From: an uncultured Thermodesulfobacteriota bacterium
Lineage (GTDB): Bacteria; Desulfobacterota; GWC2-55-46; JADFVP01
DNA length: 64,000 nucleotides
Assembly (NCBI GenBank): GCA_964567185.1
Contig: CAZMKZ010000001.1
Span: forward strand, 13,507-77,506
Direction of reading: 5' to 3'
This document shows positions 55,233 through 64,000 of the stretch, piece by piece. The first letter of the stretch is position 1. The number at the start of each line of letters is the position of its first letter. Under the pieces are notes generated by a model. That model did not search any database and was not told the origin of the DNA. It was given only the letters and a program-made list of their open reading frames with translations. A program made the position numbers and the translations under genes.

Positions 55233-56294
55233 GTGAAACCAAGCATACTTATCGTAGACGATGATGAGAGAAACGTAATCCTTCTTACCGTGAAGATGGA
55301 GCGCGAGGGGTATGAGGTGGCGAGCGTCTCTAACGGCGTAGACGCCCTTGAACGTGTGCGCACCTTTAACCCCGACGTCATACTAATGGACGTTATGATG
55401 CCGCGCATGAACGGATATGAGGTATTGAAGGCCCTTAAAAGCGATGAACGGACCCGTTATATCCCTGTAATCATGCTCACGGGCCTTGGCGAGGTAGAGA
55501 ACAAGGTACAGGGCTTTGACGTAGGGGCCGAGGATTACATAACAAAACCCTTCAGCCTCCGTGAGGTATCGGCCAGGGTAAGGTCGCTTCTCCGGGTGCG
55601 CGCCCTTCAGAAGCGTATAAGGGATACGGAGAAGATGGCGGCCCTTGGCGGCATGGTGGACGGCATCGCCCATGAGATAAGAAATCCGCTTATGGTGATA
55701 GGCGGCATGGCCAGACGTCTCCATGAACGGGAGTGCGATGAAAAGTGTAAGGGATATGCCGGAGCCATCATCAAGTGCGTGGAGCGCCTTGAGAAGATGA
55801 TAGAGCGCGTCGATGATTACAAACGCATCCTCGTCTCCAAACCAAGGCCCGTGGAGATTAATCGTGTCGTCGAGGACGCCTTCCGTGACGCGGCCTTTCT
55901 CCTTGAGGGGACGGAAATAAAGACAAAGGTCTCCTGCGTGAGTCCGTCACCGGTGGTTAATATGGATTACATCAACCTCAAGACGGCTATATTCAACATA
56001 ATCCAGAACTCCGTGGAGGCCATGGGGAATAGCGGGCTCCTGGAGATAAAGACAGGCCTGAAGGACAACAGGGCCATTGTGGAGATAAAGGACAACGGCC
56101 CCGGCATAGACCCTGATGAGCAGAAGAAGATATTCCACCCCTTTCAGACCTCGCGCATCGAGGGCGCCGGACTTGGCCTTACCATGGCGCACAGGATAAT
56201 CTCGGACCACAGCGGCGAAATAACCGTAAGCAGCGAGAAGGACGAGGGCACGGTAATGACCATCTCCCTTGAGACCGTCCGCCAAGAGGGCTGA
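55233..56294 (+). CDS. hybrid response regulator receiver / histidine kinase
   Basis: REC domain ILIVDDDERN...DVILMDVMMPRMNGYEV...YITKPF. H-box IAHEIRNPL. HATPase_c with G-boxes. Confidence 0.8.
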   Translation: MKPSILIVDDDERNVILLTVKMEREGYEVASVSNGVDALERVRTFNPDVILMDVMMPRMNGYEVLKALKSDERTRYIPVIMLTGLGEVENKVQGFDVGAEDYITKPFSLREVSARVRSLLRVRALQKRIRDTEKMAALGGMVDGIAHEIRNPLMVIGGMARRLHERECDEKCKGYAGAIIKCVERLEKMIERVDDYKRILVSKPRPVEINRVVEDAFRDAAFLLEGTEIKTKVSCVSPSPVVNMDYINLKTAIFNIIQNSVEAMGNSGLLEIKTGLKDNRAIVEIKDNGPGIDPDEQKKIFHPFQTSRIEGAGLGLTMAHRIISDHSGEITVSSEKDEGTVMTISLETVRQEG

Positions 56295-56324
56295 GCTGTC
56301 AACGCCCCCTCGCCACTGCCCTTC

Positions 56325-57914
56325 TTAAAGGCTTATCTCCGTATCTCTTCCAAAATTTTCATCGTCCCTTTCGGGGTAGTCGATGTTGTAGTGCAGGCCC
56401 CGTGATTCTTTTCTCAATATAGCGGATCTTATTATGAGGCCGGCAACGGTGGCGATGTTGCGCAGCTCCACAAGGTCGCTCGTAATGGTAAAGTTCCAGT
56501 AATACTCGTCTATCTCCTTTTCAAGAAGGTTTATCCTGTGCAGCGCCCTCTCAAGCCTCTTGTTGGACCGCACGATGCCTACGTAGTTCCACATGAAACG
56601 GCGTATCTCGTCCCAGTTCTGCGTTATGAGAACGGCCTCGTCGCTGGGTCCGGCAAGTCCCGGCTGCCATGGCGGTATGGGGGGAAGATGCCCTGTCTTG
56701 TCCTCCGCGATAAAACCTTTAAGGTCTCTCGAGGCCCTCTCCGAGAGCACAAGGCCCTCAAGAAGGGAGTTTGAGGCCAGCCGGTTGGCCCCGTGAAGTC
56801 CGGTGCAGGCGGTCTCGCCTATGGCGTAGAGCCCCTTTAGATTGGTCCGGCCCATAAGGTCCGTCTTTACGCCGCCGCATGTGTAGTGCGCGGCGGGCAC
56901 AACGGGGATAGGCTCCTCTGTCATGTCAATGCCGAAGGAGAGGCATTTTTCGTAGATATTCGGGAAGCGTTTTTTGATGAAATCGGAGGGCTTGTCCGTA
57001 ATGTCAAGGTACACGCACTCGGAACCGCTCTTTTTCAGCTCAAAGTCAATGGCCCTTGCCACGATGTCCCTTGGCGCGAGGTCTGCCATGGGGTGACGGT
57101 CTTTCATGAAGGGAGTCCCGTCGCTGAGCCGGAGGACGGCGCCTTCGCCCCTTACGGCCTCGGAGATAAGAAAATTCTTTGCCTGCTCGTGATATAGACA
57201 GGTGGGATGAAACTGGACGAACTCCATATTTGAGATAACGGCCCCGGCCCTTGCCGCCATGGCTATGCCGTCGCCTGTTGCAACGTCGGGGTTGCTCGTA
57301 TAGAGGTAGACCTTTCCCGCCCCGCCCGTGGCGAGTATTGTGGCCCTCGCCATGAAGGTATGCACAAGGGCGTCCTTTTTATCAAGGACATAGGCTCCGC
57401 GCACAAGACCACCCCCTTTGGTGCCCCGGGCGTCGTCTTTTATGAGATTAACGGCGATATGCTCTGTGTAGACGGATATGTTGTCTTTTTTCTTTACTGC
57501 GGCGACAAGGGCCTTCTCAATGACGCTTCCCGTAAAGTCCCCTGCGTGCACAATGCGGCGTTTCGAGTGTCCGCCCTCCTTGCCGAGGTCGAGGTCACCA
57601 AAGGGGCTGCCGGAAAAATGCACGCCAAGCTCCCGCAGCTCGTTGATAAGGGCGGGACCTTCCTCTACTATTACCTTCACCACGTCTTCGTGGCAGAGCC
57701 CCGCCCCGGCGTAGAGCGTGTCCCTTACGTGCGAGGCAAAGGAGTCGCCGGGGTCTACCACCCCGGCTATGCCGCCCTGGGCGTAGTATGTGGCCGATTC
57801 TTCGATGTTGCGTTTGGTAACGAGGCAGACGCTTCCGGCCTCTGAAAGCTTAAGGGCAAGGGTGAGCCCCGAAATGCCGCTGCCTATAACAAGAAAATCA
57901 GAGACTATCTCCAT
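56325..57914 (-). CDS. nadB: L-aspartate oxidase NadB (start at ATG 57914; the track ORF extends upstream to 57995)
   Basis: [24 protein letters not shown]-binding fold with the succinate-dehydrogenase/fumarate-reductase flavoprotein-like motifs of NadB. ~530 aa. Confidence 0.85.
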   Translation of the reverse strand: MEIVSDFLVIGSGISGLTLALKLSEAGSVCLVTKRNIEESATYYAQGGIAGVVDPGDSFASHVRDTLYAGAGLCHEDVVKVIVEEGPALINELRELGVHFSGSPFGDLDLGKEGGHSKRRIVHAGDFTGSVIEKALVAAVKKKDNISVYTEHIAVNLIKDDARGTKGGGLVRGAYVLDKKDALVHTFMARATILATGGAGKVYLYTSNPDVATGDGIAMAARAGAVISNMEFVQFHPTCLYHEQAKNFLISEAVRGEGAVLRLSDGTPFMKDRHPMADLAPRDIVARAIDFELKKSGSECVYLDITDKPSDFIKKRFPNIYEKCLSFGIDMTEEPIPVVPAAHYTCGGVKTDLMGRTNLKGLYAIGETACTGLHGANRLASNSLLEGLVLSERASRDLKGFIAEDKTGHLPPIPPWQPGLAGPSDEAVLITQNWDEIRRFMWNYVGIVRSNKRLERALHRINLLEKEIDEYYWNFTITSDLVELRNIATVAGLIIRSAILRKESRGLHYNIDYPERDDENFGRDTEISL

Positions 57915-58118
57915 CTGCCATCTCCGGATAAGGGATAAAAAAAAGGGGGATCTATCGTATTGAAGAGACTTTAAGGATAAGAAAAATGAATTCACCTGTC
58001 AATTTTTTATTTGAGATTCCTCTTATCAAAGGTTATTCATGGCGGGCAAGGGGTTGATTTTTATCTTATTAACTGCTATCTTCAATTAACAGGCCAGGGT
58101 GGCCTCAGGTGGCTTATT

Positions 58119-58697
58119 ATGAAAAAGCTGGTTTCCTTCATCTTATTAACCCTTATCCTTGTTTTTGCCTTTGCCGCCGTCTCCATGGCTGATTTCTATG
58201 CCTTTACGGACAGCTCAGGAAAGATGCATATCTCCAATGCCCCGAAGAGCGCGCGCTATGTGATGATAATGCGCGAGACCAGAGAGATAAAGGCCGCCAA
58301 ACACAGGGAGGCCTCCCTTGATAGAATAATCAAGGTCAAATCAGAAAAATACGGCGTTGACCCGGCCCTTGTAAAGGCCCTTATAAAGGCCGAGTCCAAC
58401 TTTAAGTCTTCTGCCGTTTCAGAAGACGGGGCAAGGGGGCTCATGCAGCTCATGCCCGAGACCGCGCAAGAGATGGGCGTTGCCGACAGGGCCGACCCGG
58501 AGGAGAATATCGATGGCGGGGTACGGTACCTGAGCAGACTTCTGAGGGTATTTGGTTCAGATACCGGGCTTGCCATAGCCGCCTACAACGCCGGAGAGCA
58601 AGCGGTCCTCAGGTACGGCGCCATACCGCCCTTTGCCGAGACAAGAGATTATGTCAAGAAGGTCCTTCAGTACTATAATGATTATAGCCCGAGGTGA
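58119..58697 (+). CDS. lytic transglycosylase (SLT domain), secreted (start at ATG 58119)
   Basis: Signal peptide MKKLVSFILLTLILVFAFA. SLT motifs AESNF...GLMQLMP...AYNAG. Confidence 0.8.
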   Translation: MKKLVSFILLTLILVFAFAAVSMADFYAFTDSSGKMHISNAPKSARYVMIMRETREIKAAKHREASLDRIIKVKSEKYGVDPALVKALIKAESNFKSSAVSEDGARGLMQLMPETAQEMGVADRADPEENIDGGVRYLSRLLRVFGSDTGLAIAAYNAGEQAVLRYGAIPPFAETRDYVKKVLQYYNDYSPR

Positions 58698-58830
58698 GTT
58701 TGCCGGTCCTTTGCATGATTCGGGCAGAGACCTTGTTATCTGATATTTTAATTCAGGCGATATGTCTTTTAAGATGATAGGAAATTACCCCGAAAGGCTG
58801 AGGCGAAAAATCAGAGAGACCTTTCGAAGG

Positions 58831-59406
58831 ATGCGGGTAGGCGGCCGCGGCGGAGAAGCTCTTAACCTCCCGAACATGCTTTCTCTGGCCAGAGTGGCGG
58901 CCGTTCCGGTTATCATCCTCCTGCTTATTTACCCCGGAAGGGTCTTGAGCATCATTGCGGCCGTCTTCTTTCTCCTTATCTGCGTCACCGACTGGCTCGA
59001 CGGGTATGTGGCGAGAAAAAAGGGGCTTGTCACCTCTCTTGGCAAGTTTCTCGACCCCCTCGCCGATAAACTTCTTATCCTCTCTTCCTTTATCATGCTC
59101 ATACCCTCGGGAAGGGTCCCGGCATGGGTGGTGGCCCTTATCGTGGCGCGCGAAATCGCCGTTACCGGGCTACGCGCCGTGGCCTCGGACATGGGGCTCG
59201 TCATAGCGGCCGGTAAGCTCGGAAAAGTCAAGACCGTCTTTCAGATAATCTGCGTGGCCTCTCTTCTCGCACATTACCGCTTCTACGGCATAGATTTTCA
59301 CGCCCTTGGTATCCTTGCCCTTATCCCGGCCTTTATCCTCACCATGTGGTCAGGCGTGGATTATTTTGTCAAGTTCTTCTCCTCTCCTGAGCCCGGCAGG
59401 GGCTGA
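58831..59406 (+). CDS. pgsA: CDP-diacylglycerol--glycerol-3-phosphate 3-phosphatidyltransferase (start uncertain; the track ORF begins at 58762)
   Basis: NLPNMLSLARV...DWLDGYVARK...GKFLDPLADKLL, the CDP-alcohol phosphatidyltransferase motif DG(x2)AR(x8)G(x3)D(x3)D. Confidence 0.8.
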   Translation: MRVGGRGGEALNLPNMLSLARVAAVPVIILLLIYPGRVLSIIAAVFFLLICVTDWLDGYVARKKGLVTSLGKFLDPLADKLLILSSFIMLIPSGRVPAWVVALIVAREIAVTGLRAVASDMGLVIAAGKLGKVKTVFQIICVASLLAHYRFYGIDFHALGILALIPAFILTMWSGVDYFVKFFSSPEPGRG

Positions 59407-59773
59407 GCCCCTCTCGTGCCGATTCTGCGCCCGCAAAAAATCCATTGACTTATCTTAATAAGCCGTTACAATAAGTACGGCCTTCCATCCCGTATCTTCC
59501 ATCATTGATTTCCCCTATGGAACCTCTGAATAATTCGTCCCTGCATTATTCAGAGACGGGAAAGAAAAAGCGCGGTTTTTCTTTCCCTCACATTTTTTCA
59601 ACAACTTACAGTTGCCGAAAATGGCAACACATCCATGTGTTGCTGGAAAGTCTGAATTAATCAGACTTTCCCTATATTTAACGCCGCACTGCGGCGGCGT
59701 CCCTGGCGGCCTACCGCCGTGCGCGCCTCGGTGCTTCCGGGCGGTGACCTTTTGTGAGTATACCCCTCTAAAT

Positions 59774-61402
59774 ATGAAACTTGTCAGCAGATTTTACATT
59801 CATATCAGCGTAATTTTCTTTGCAGGCATGATTGCCCTCTTCTATCTTATCCATCTTGAGAATGCAAGACTGCTTAATGAGCTTGGGGGCCTTTCAACGC
59901 GCCTGTCTCATGGAAGGGCCGAGGCCATTCTTGCAGTCCATGGAAGATATACGCTCCTTGGCGCCATGCTCATACTCGCGCTTGCACTGGCTTCCATTAT
60001 TCTCCTTCTTCGAAGAAGGGTCTTCGCGCCGCTTGGGGACCTTGGCCGTGGCCTTGATGGAATAGCCCCGGTAAAGCCCGCGGAGCCGACGGGTGGAGAT
60101 ACTCTTGATGAGTTGGCGGGGATTACCCGTGCCTTCAAGGCCATGGCAGAGTCCCTCACGAGGACCGCCTCGGAGCTTGAGGATTCCATGCTCAAGTATT
60201 CCTCTCTTGTAGATACAACGAGCGATGCCATTGTGCTCGTGGATATTGAGAGCATGAAGGTGAGGGAGGTGAACAAGGCCGCCACGCATCTAACGGGCTA
60301 TTCAAGGGATGAACTCCTCGAAAAAACCACCCCGGACCTCTACGGACCTGATGAGGTAAGCGGCAGATACAGGGATTTATTCAGAAAATGGGTCTTCGAT
60401 GGAAAGGGCTACATGCACGATGGCGGTATCCGCAAAAAGAATCATGGCGCTGTGGACGTCGAGGTCTCCGCGGCTACGTTAGAGCTCGGGGGCAGGGGCT
60501 TTGTGCTGGAGATATGGCGCGATGTATCGGACAGAAAGTGCCTTGAGGGTAACCTCAGGAATCAGGTAGAGGTCCTTGAGGAGCGGGTAAGGGAGAGGAC
60601 GGATGAACTCGAGGACGCCCTGCAAAGACTGAAATTATCAAAGCAGAAGATGATAGAGTCTGCCAAGCTCATCTCTCTTGGAGAGATGGGCGCGGGCATA
60701 GCGCATGAACTTAACAGCCCCCTTGCCGGCATACTGACCATAGTAGAGGTCCTGCTTGGGCGTATGGACAAGGATGACCGAAGCTACGCCCTCCTTCTGA
60801 AATTGAAAGACGCCGCTGTCCGCTCAAAGTATATAATCATCGATATGCTGAGCTACGCGCGGCCCTTCAAGGGCGAGCGCGAGCCCATCAACATGAACGA
60901 TCTCATAAAGTCCACTCTATCTCTATTTATTTCCGAGATTAACGCCGCATCCGTGGAGATAAGGCTCGATCTTGCCGCTTCCCTTCCCATGGTCCTCGGC
61001 GCCAGAGGTCAGCTCATGGAGGTTATGTTCAATATAATAAAGAACGCCCGTGACGCACTTGACGGTTACGGCAGTATATATCTCACCACCTCTGTTACGG
61101 AAGAGCACGGCATGCCGGCAGTTGCAATAGATATCAGGGACACGGGCCCCGGCATCCACGCGAAAATTCTTGAGAGGGTCTTTGACCCCTTTTATTCAAC
61201 AAAAGACAGGGGCGGAGGGCTGAACATAGGGCTCGGGCTTTCCATAGCCCAGAGCATTGTAAAAAAACACGGCGGAACGATTATTGCTGAAAACCTTACT
61301 GAAGGCGGCGCCTGTTTCAGGGTCGTCATTCCCGCACTTGTCGAAGGCCCTGATGAGAGGGCTGAGACGCACCCTGCTGGCGGGGATAATGGAGGAGATT
61401 AA
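59774..61402 (+). CDS. sensor histidine kinase (TM-HAMP-PAS-HisKA-HATPase); start at ATG 59774
   Basis: Two TM helices, a PAS-like region, H-box IAHELNSPL, and HATPase G-boxes. Confidence 0.8.
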   Translation: MKLVSRFYIHISVIFFAGMIALFYLIHLENARLLNELGGLSTRLSHGRAEAILAVHGRYTLLGAMLILALALASIILLLRRRVFAPLGDLGRGLDGIAPVKPAEPTGGDTLDELAGITRAFKAMAESLTRTASELEDSMLKYSSLVDTTSDAIVLVDIESMKVREVNKAATHLTGYSRDELLEKTTPDLYGPDEVSGRYRDLFRKWVFDGKGYMHDGGIRKKNHGAVDVEVSAATLELGGRGFVLEIWRDVSDRKCLEGNLRNQVEVLEERVRERTDELEDALQRLKLSKQKMIESAKLISLGEMGAGIAHELNSPLAGILTIVEVLLGRMDKDDRSYALLLKLKDAAVRSKYIIIDMLSYARPFKGEREPINMNDLIKSTLSLFISEINAASVEIRLDLAASLPMVLGARGQLMEVMFNIIKNARDALDGYGSIYLTTSVTEEHGMPAVAIDIRDTGPGIHAKILERVFDPFYSTKDRGGGLNIGLGLSIAQSIVKKHGGTIIAENLTEGGACFRVVIPALVEGPDERAETHPAGGDNGGD

Positions 61403-61647
61403 GCGGCTTGTTTTCAAGATGAGCCGTGGCGGCAGGTACGGGCAAGGGGGTAAAGCTGTAAGTGGGCAGGCAGGGTCAGACAGAGGCCGGCCCCACACCG
61501 CCTTTAGCTAATCTCCCTTTCCGGGACGCATCGGAGCGGACAGGCGCTTCTCTGCTGCCATGGGGTAATTACCTTGACAGGCAGAGCGATTTTATATAAA
61601 CTGACAATGTCATTTCATGTCACACCTCACATCACCCCTATACGCTT

Positions 61648-63348
61648 ATGATGACAGACAGGCTCGGCGAGCTCCTACTTAGAGAAAAACTCATATCCCC
61701 CGAACAGCTTTCAAAGGCCATTGAGGCCCAGAAAGAGGGAGGAGGAAGGCTTGGCTACAATCTCACCGTACTGGGGTTTGTAACGGAGCAGGAGCTTACC
61801 TCGTTCCTGAGCACGCAGTACGGCATACCCACGGTAGACCTTTCAGAAGAGGAAGTAGACCCCGATATAATCAAACTCATACCTGAAGAGGTATCGAGAA
61901 AATATCATATCATGCCTATCAGCAGGACGGGCTCTACCCTTGTTATCGCCATGGCCGATCCTTCGAACATCTTCGCCATTGACGATATCAAATTTCTCAC
62001 CGGATATAATGTCGAGCCCCTTGTGGCCTCTGACGAGGCTATCAAGAAGGCCATTGACGAGTATTATGAGAGCTCTGATTACGGCCTTGAGGGGGTTCTT
62101 ACAGATTTTGAAGAAGAAGACATGGAGGTTGTCAAGGAAGAGGATGAACTCGATGTCTCAGACCTTAAAAAGGCCACGGAAGAGGCGCCCGTTGTAAGGC
62201 TTGTCAACTTTATCCTTACGGACGCCATCAAGAAGGGCGCCAGCGACATCCACATCGAGCCCTACGAAAAGCTTTTTCGTGTGAGGTACAGGATAGACGG
62301 TGTCCTTCACGAGGTGATGAAACCCCCCATCAAGCTAAAGAACGCCATTGCCTCAAGGATAAAGATAATGAGCCAGTTGAATATCGCAGAAAGAAGGCTC
62401 CCGCAGGATGGCAGGATAAAGCTGAAGCTGGGAAAGAGTCGTGAGATGGATTACCGTGTATCAGTGCTGCCCACCCTTTTTGGCGAGAAGGTGGTGATGC
62501 GGCTCCTTGACAAGAGCAACCTTCAGCTTGACATGACAAAGCTCGGTTTCGAGCAGAACGCCCTTGATTCCTTTCTTGAGGCCATACACCAGCCCTGGGG
62601 CATGGTGCTCGTGACGGGCCCTACTGGGAGCGGAAAGACCACCACCCTCTATTCCGCCCTCTCTGACCTTAATAAGATGTCCGATAACATATCCACCGCC
62701 GAAGACCCCGTGGAGTTCAACCTCGCGGGCATCAATCAGGTTCAGATGCACGATGAGATAGGGCTTAACTTTGCCGCGTCTCTGCGGAGTTTTCTCCGTC
62801 AGGACCCCGATATAATCATGGTGGGAGAGATAAGGGATTACGAGACCGCCGAGATAGGCATCAAGGCGGCCCTTACCGGCCACCTCGTACTCTCCACCCT
62901 CCATACAAACGACGCCCCCTCTACTGTCAACAGGCTCCTCAATATGGGAATCGAGCCCTTTCTTGTGGCCTCGGCGACAAACCTCATCCTCGCCCAGAGG
63001 CTCGCGCGCAAAATTTGCACGGAGTGCCAGGAAAAGGTGGATGTATCGCCTAATGTCTTAAAAGACCTTGATATCAATGATGATGATATGAAGGATATGA
63101 CCTTTTATACCGGCAAGGGTTGCTCGGTCTGCAATGGAACGGGTTTTAAGGGCCGAATTGCCCTCTATGAGGTAATGCCCTTTACGGAGACCCTGAAGGA
63201 GCTTGTCCTTAACGGGGCCTCATCTTCTGAGATAAAACGCGCCGCCATTGACGAGGGCATGAAGACCCTGAGGATGAGCGGGATGACAAAGGCCGCAGAA
63301 GGTGTTACCACCCTTGAGGAGATTCTAAGGGTTACCATGGCGGATTGA
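61648..63348 (+). CDS. pilB: type IV pilus assembly ATPase PilB (GspE family)
   Basis: N-terminal GSPII_E_N domain. Walker A LVTGPTGSGKTTT. Tetracysteine CTECQ...CSVCNGTG. Confidence 0.9.
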   Translation: MMTDRLGELLLREKLISPEQLSKAIEAQKEGGGRLGYNLTVLGFVTEQELTSFLSTQYGIPTVDLSEEEVDPDIIKLIPEEVSRKYHIMPISRTGSTLVIAMADPSNIFAIDDIKFLTGYNVEPLVASDEAIKKAIDEYYESSDYGLEGVLTDFEEEDMEVVKEEDELDVSDLKKATEEAPVVRLVNFILTDAIKKGASDIHIEPYEKLFRVRYRIDGVLHEVMKPPIKLKNAIASRIKIMSQLNIAERRLPQDGRIKLKLGKSREMDYRVSVLPTLFGEKVVMRLLDKSNLQLDMTKLGFEQNALDSFLEAIHQPWGMVLVTGPTGSGKTTTLYSALSDLNKMSDNISTAEDPVEFNLAGINQVQMHDEIGLNFAASLRSFLRQDPDIIMVGEIRDYETAEIGIKAALTGHLVLSTLHTNDAPSTVNRLLNMGIEPFLVASATNLILAQRLARKICTECQEKVDVSPNVLKDLDINDDDMKDMTFYTGKGCSVCNGTGFKGRIALYEVMPFTETLKELVLNGASSSEIKRAAIDEGMKTLRMSGMTKAAEGVTTLEEILRVTMAD

Positions 63349-63503
63349 CGCTTTTGGGGCCAAAAACACGCCGCAGGAAGATTAGAGAAAAAAAATCATT
63401 TTGTAACCTAAGTCATAACATTTCCCCTCTTAACCCTTTATTATCTTAATGAAGATAGCCCTGTTCTGAGGCTTTTCTCAAGATTTCATGAAAGGAGCTT
63501 AAC

Positions 63504-64000
63504 ATGCCTACGGGAGAAGCCAGTTCATACTCCATCCAGAAATTACTTCGTGAATTAATAGAAAAAGAGGGTTCAGACCTTCATATCACCGCCGGATCAC
63601 CGCCGAGAATGAGGATAATGGGAAGGCTTGACTCCGTAGACGGCCCACCGCTTAACAACGTGGATACAAAAAACCTCTGCTATTCCATAATCACAGACCA
63701 GCAGAGGCAGCAGTTCGAGGAGGGTAACGAGCTCGATTTTTCATTCGGCATCAAGGGGCTCAGCCGTTTCAGGGCCAACCTCTTTATTCAGCGCGGCACT
63801 GTGGCGGGTGTCTTTCGGAGCATACCTTACAGGATTATGTCTTTCAAAGAACTGGGTCTGCCCGCTGTGGTGGCCGATCTCTGCCGGAAGCCCCGCGGCC
63901 TTGTCCTTGTAACAGGCCCCACGGGTAGCGGTAAATCCACTACGCTGGCCTCCATGGTTGACAGTATCAACAGGGAGAGGTACGAGCACATAGTCACCAT
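63504..64000 (+). CDS. pilT: twitching motility ATPase PilT, N-terminal fragment (continues past the window end)
   Basis: LHITAGSPPRMRI...GLVLVTGPTGSGKSTTLASM. Confidence 0.85.
   Translation, partial: MPTGEASSYSIQKLLRELIEKEGSDLHITAGSPPRMRIMGRLDSVDGPPLNNVDTKNLCYSIITDQQRQQFEEGNELDFSFGIKGLSRFRANLFIQRGTVAGVFRSIPYRIMSFKELGLPAVVADLCRKPRGLVLVTGPTGSGKSTTLASMVDSINRERYEHIVT

Noticed and set aside
57915-57995. N-terminal extension of nadB given in the ORF track ([27 protein letters not shown])
   Set aside because: NadB family proteins begin directly with the FAD-binding GxGxxG strand. ATG 57914 with an upstream GGAG gives the canonical N-terminus.
59612-59773. Upstream extension of the histidine kinase ORF (MPKMATHPCVAGKSELIRLSL...)
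   Set aside because: No TM or domain content. The kinase's first TM helix and a plausible start (ATG 59774) come later. The extension is probably non-coding leader.

Overview
This is a 64 kb chromosomal window of about 57% GC from a Gram-negative bacterium. An anaerobe from a deltaproteobacterial or Desulfobacterota-like lineage is my inference, based on DUF4388, sulfate assimilation, pilB/pilT and SAM-I riboswitch usage. Most of the window is housekeeping: leuS (3' end)-lptE-holA, rpsT, murJ, mazG, mobA-mobB, selA, ftsH, an rplU-rpmA-obg-proB-proA string, moaD-moaE-mog, a proline dehydrogenase, an efflux HlyD/ABC-2 operon, nadB, a lytic transglycosylase, pgsA, two sensor kinases, pilB and the 5' end of pilT, and one tRNA-Gly(CCC). 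The most interesting part is a roughly 11.7 kb block at 37.9-49.7 kb that begins with a clear SAM-I riboswitch. Its genes are a Zn-ribbon threonine-synthase-like PLP enzyme, a small Dsr-like sulfite reductase with a ferredoxin insert, a TusA-like protein, a ThiS/MoaD-type sulfur-carrier protein ending GGGG-L, a stand-alone NIL-domain protein, a CysM/CysK-like enzyme, a JAMM protease, a ThiF/MoeB-type E1, a protein with a non-canonical Cys triad, an SLC13 anion permease, a Usp, an Fe-S APS/PAPS reductase and ATP sulfurylase. I read this as a SAM-controlled pathway from sulfate to homocysteine (and cysteine) that depends on a protein thiocarboxylate, in a composition I do not recognise as described. 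Other noteworthy items are a PAP2-phosphatase::ArnT-like glycosyltransferase fusion in an operon with a class-III aminotransferase, an AT-rich island carrying a stand-alone EEP-family nuclease, a CsgG-like lipoprotein cluster, an unannotated 55-aa zinc-ribbon gene and a duplicated 27-nt terminator element. I found no CRISPR array, transposase or phage gene.
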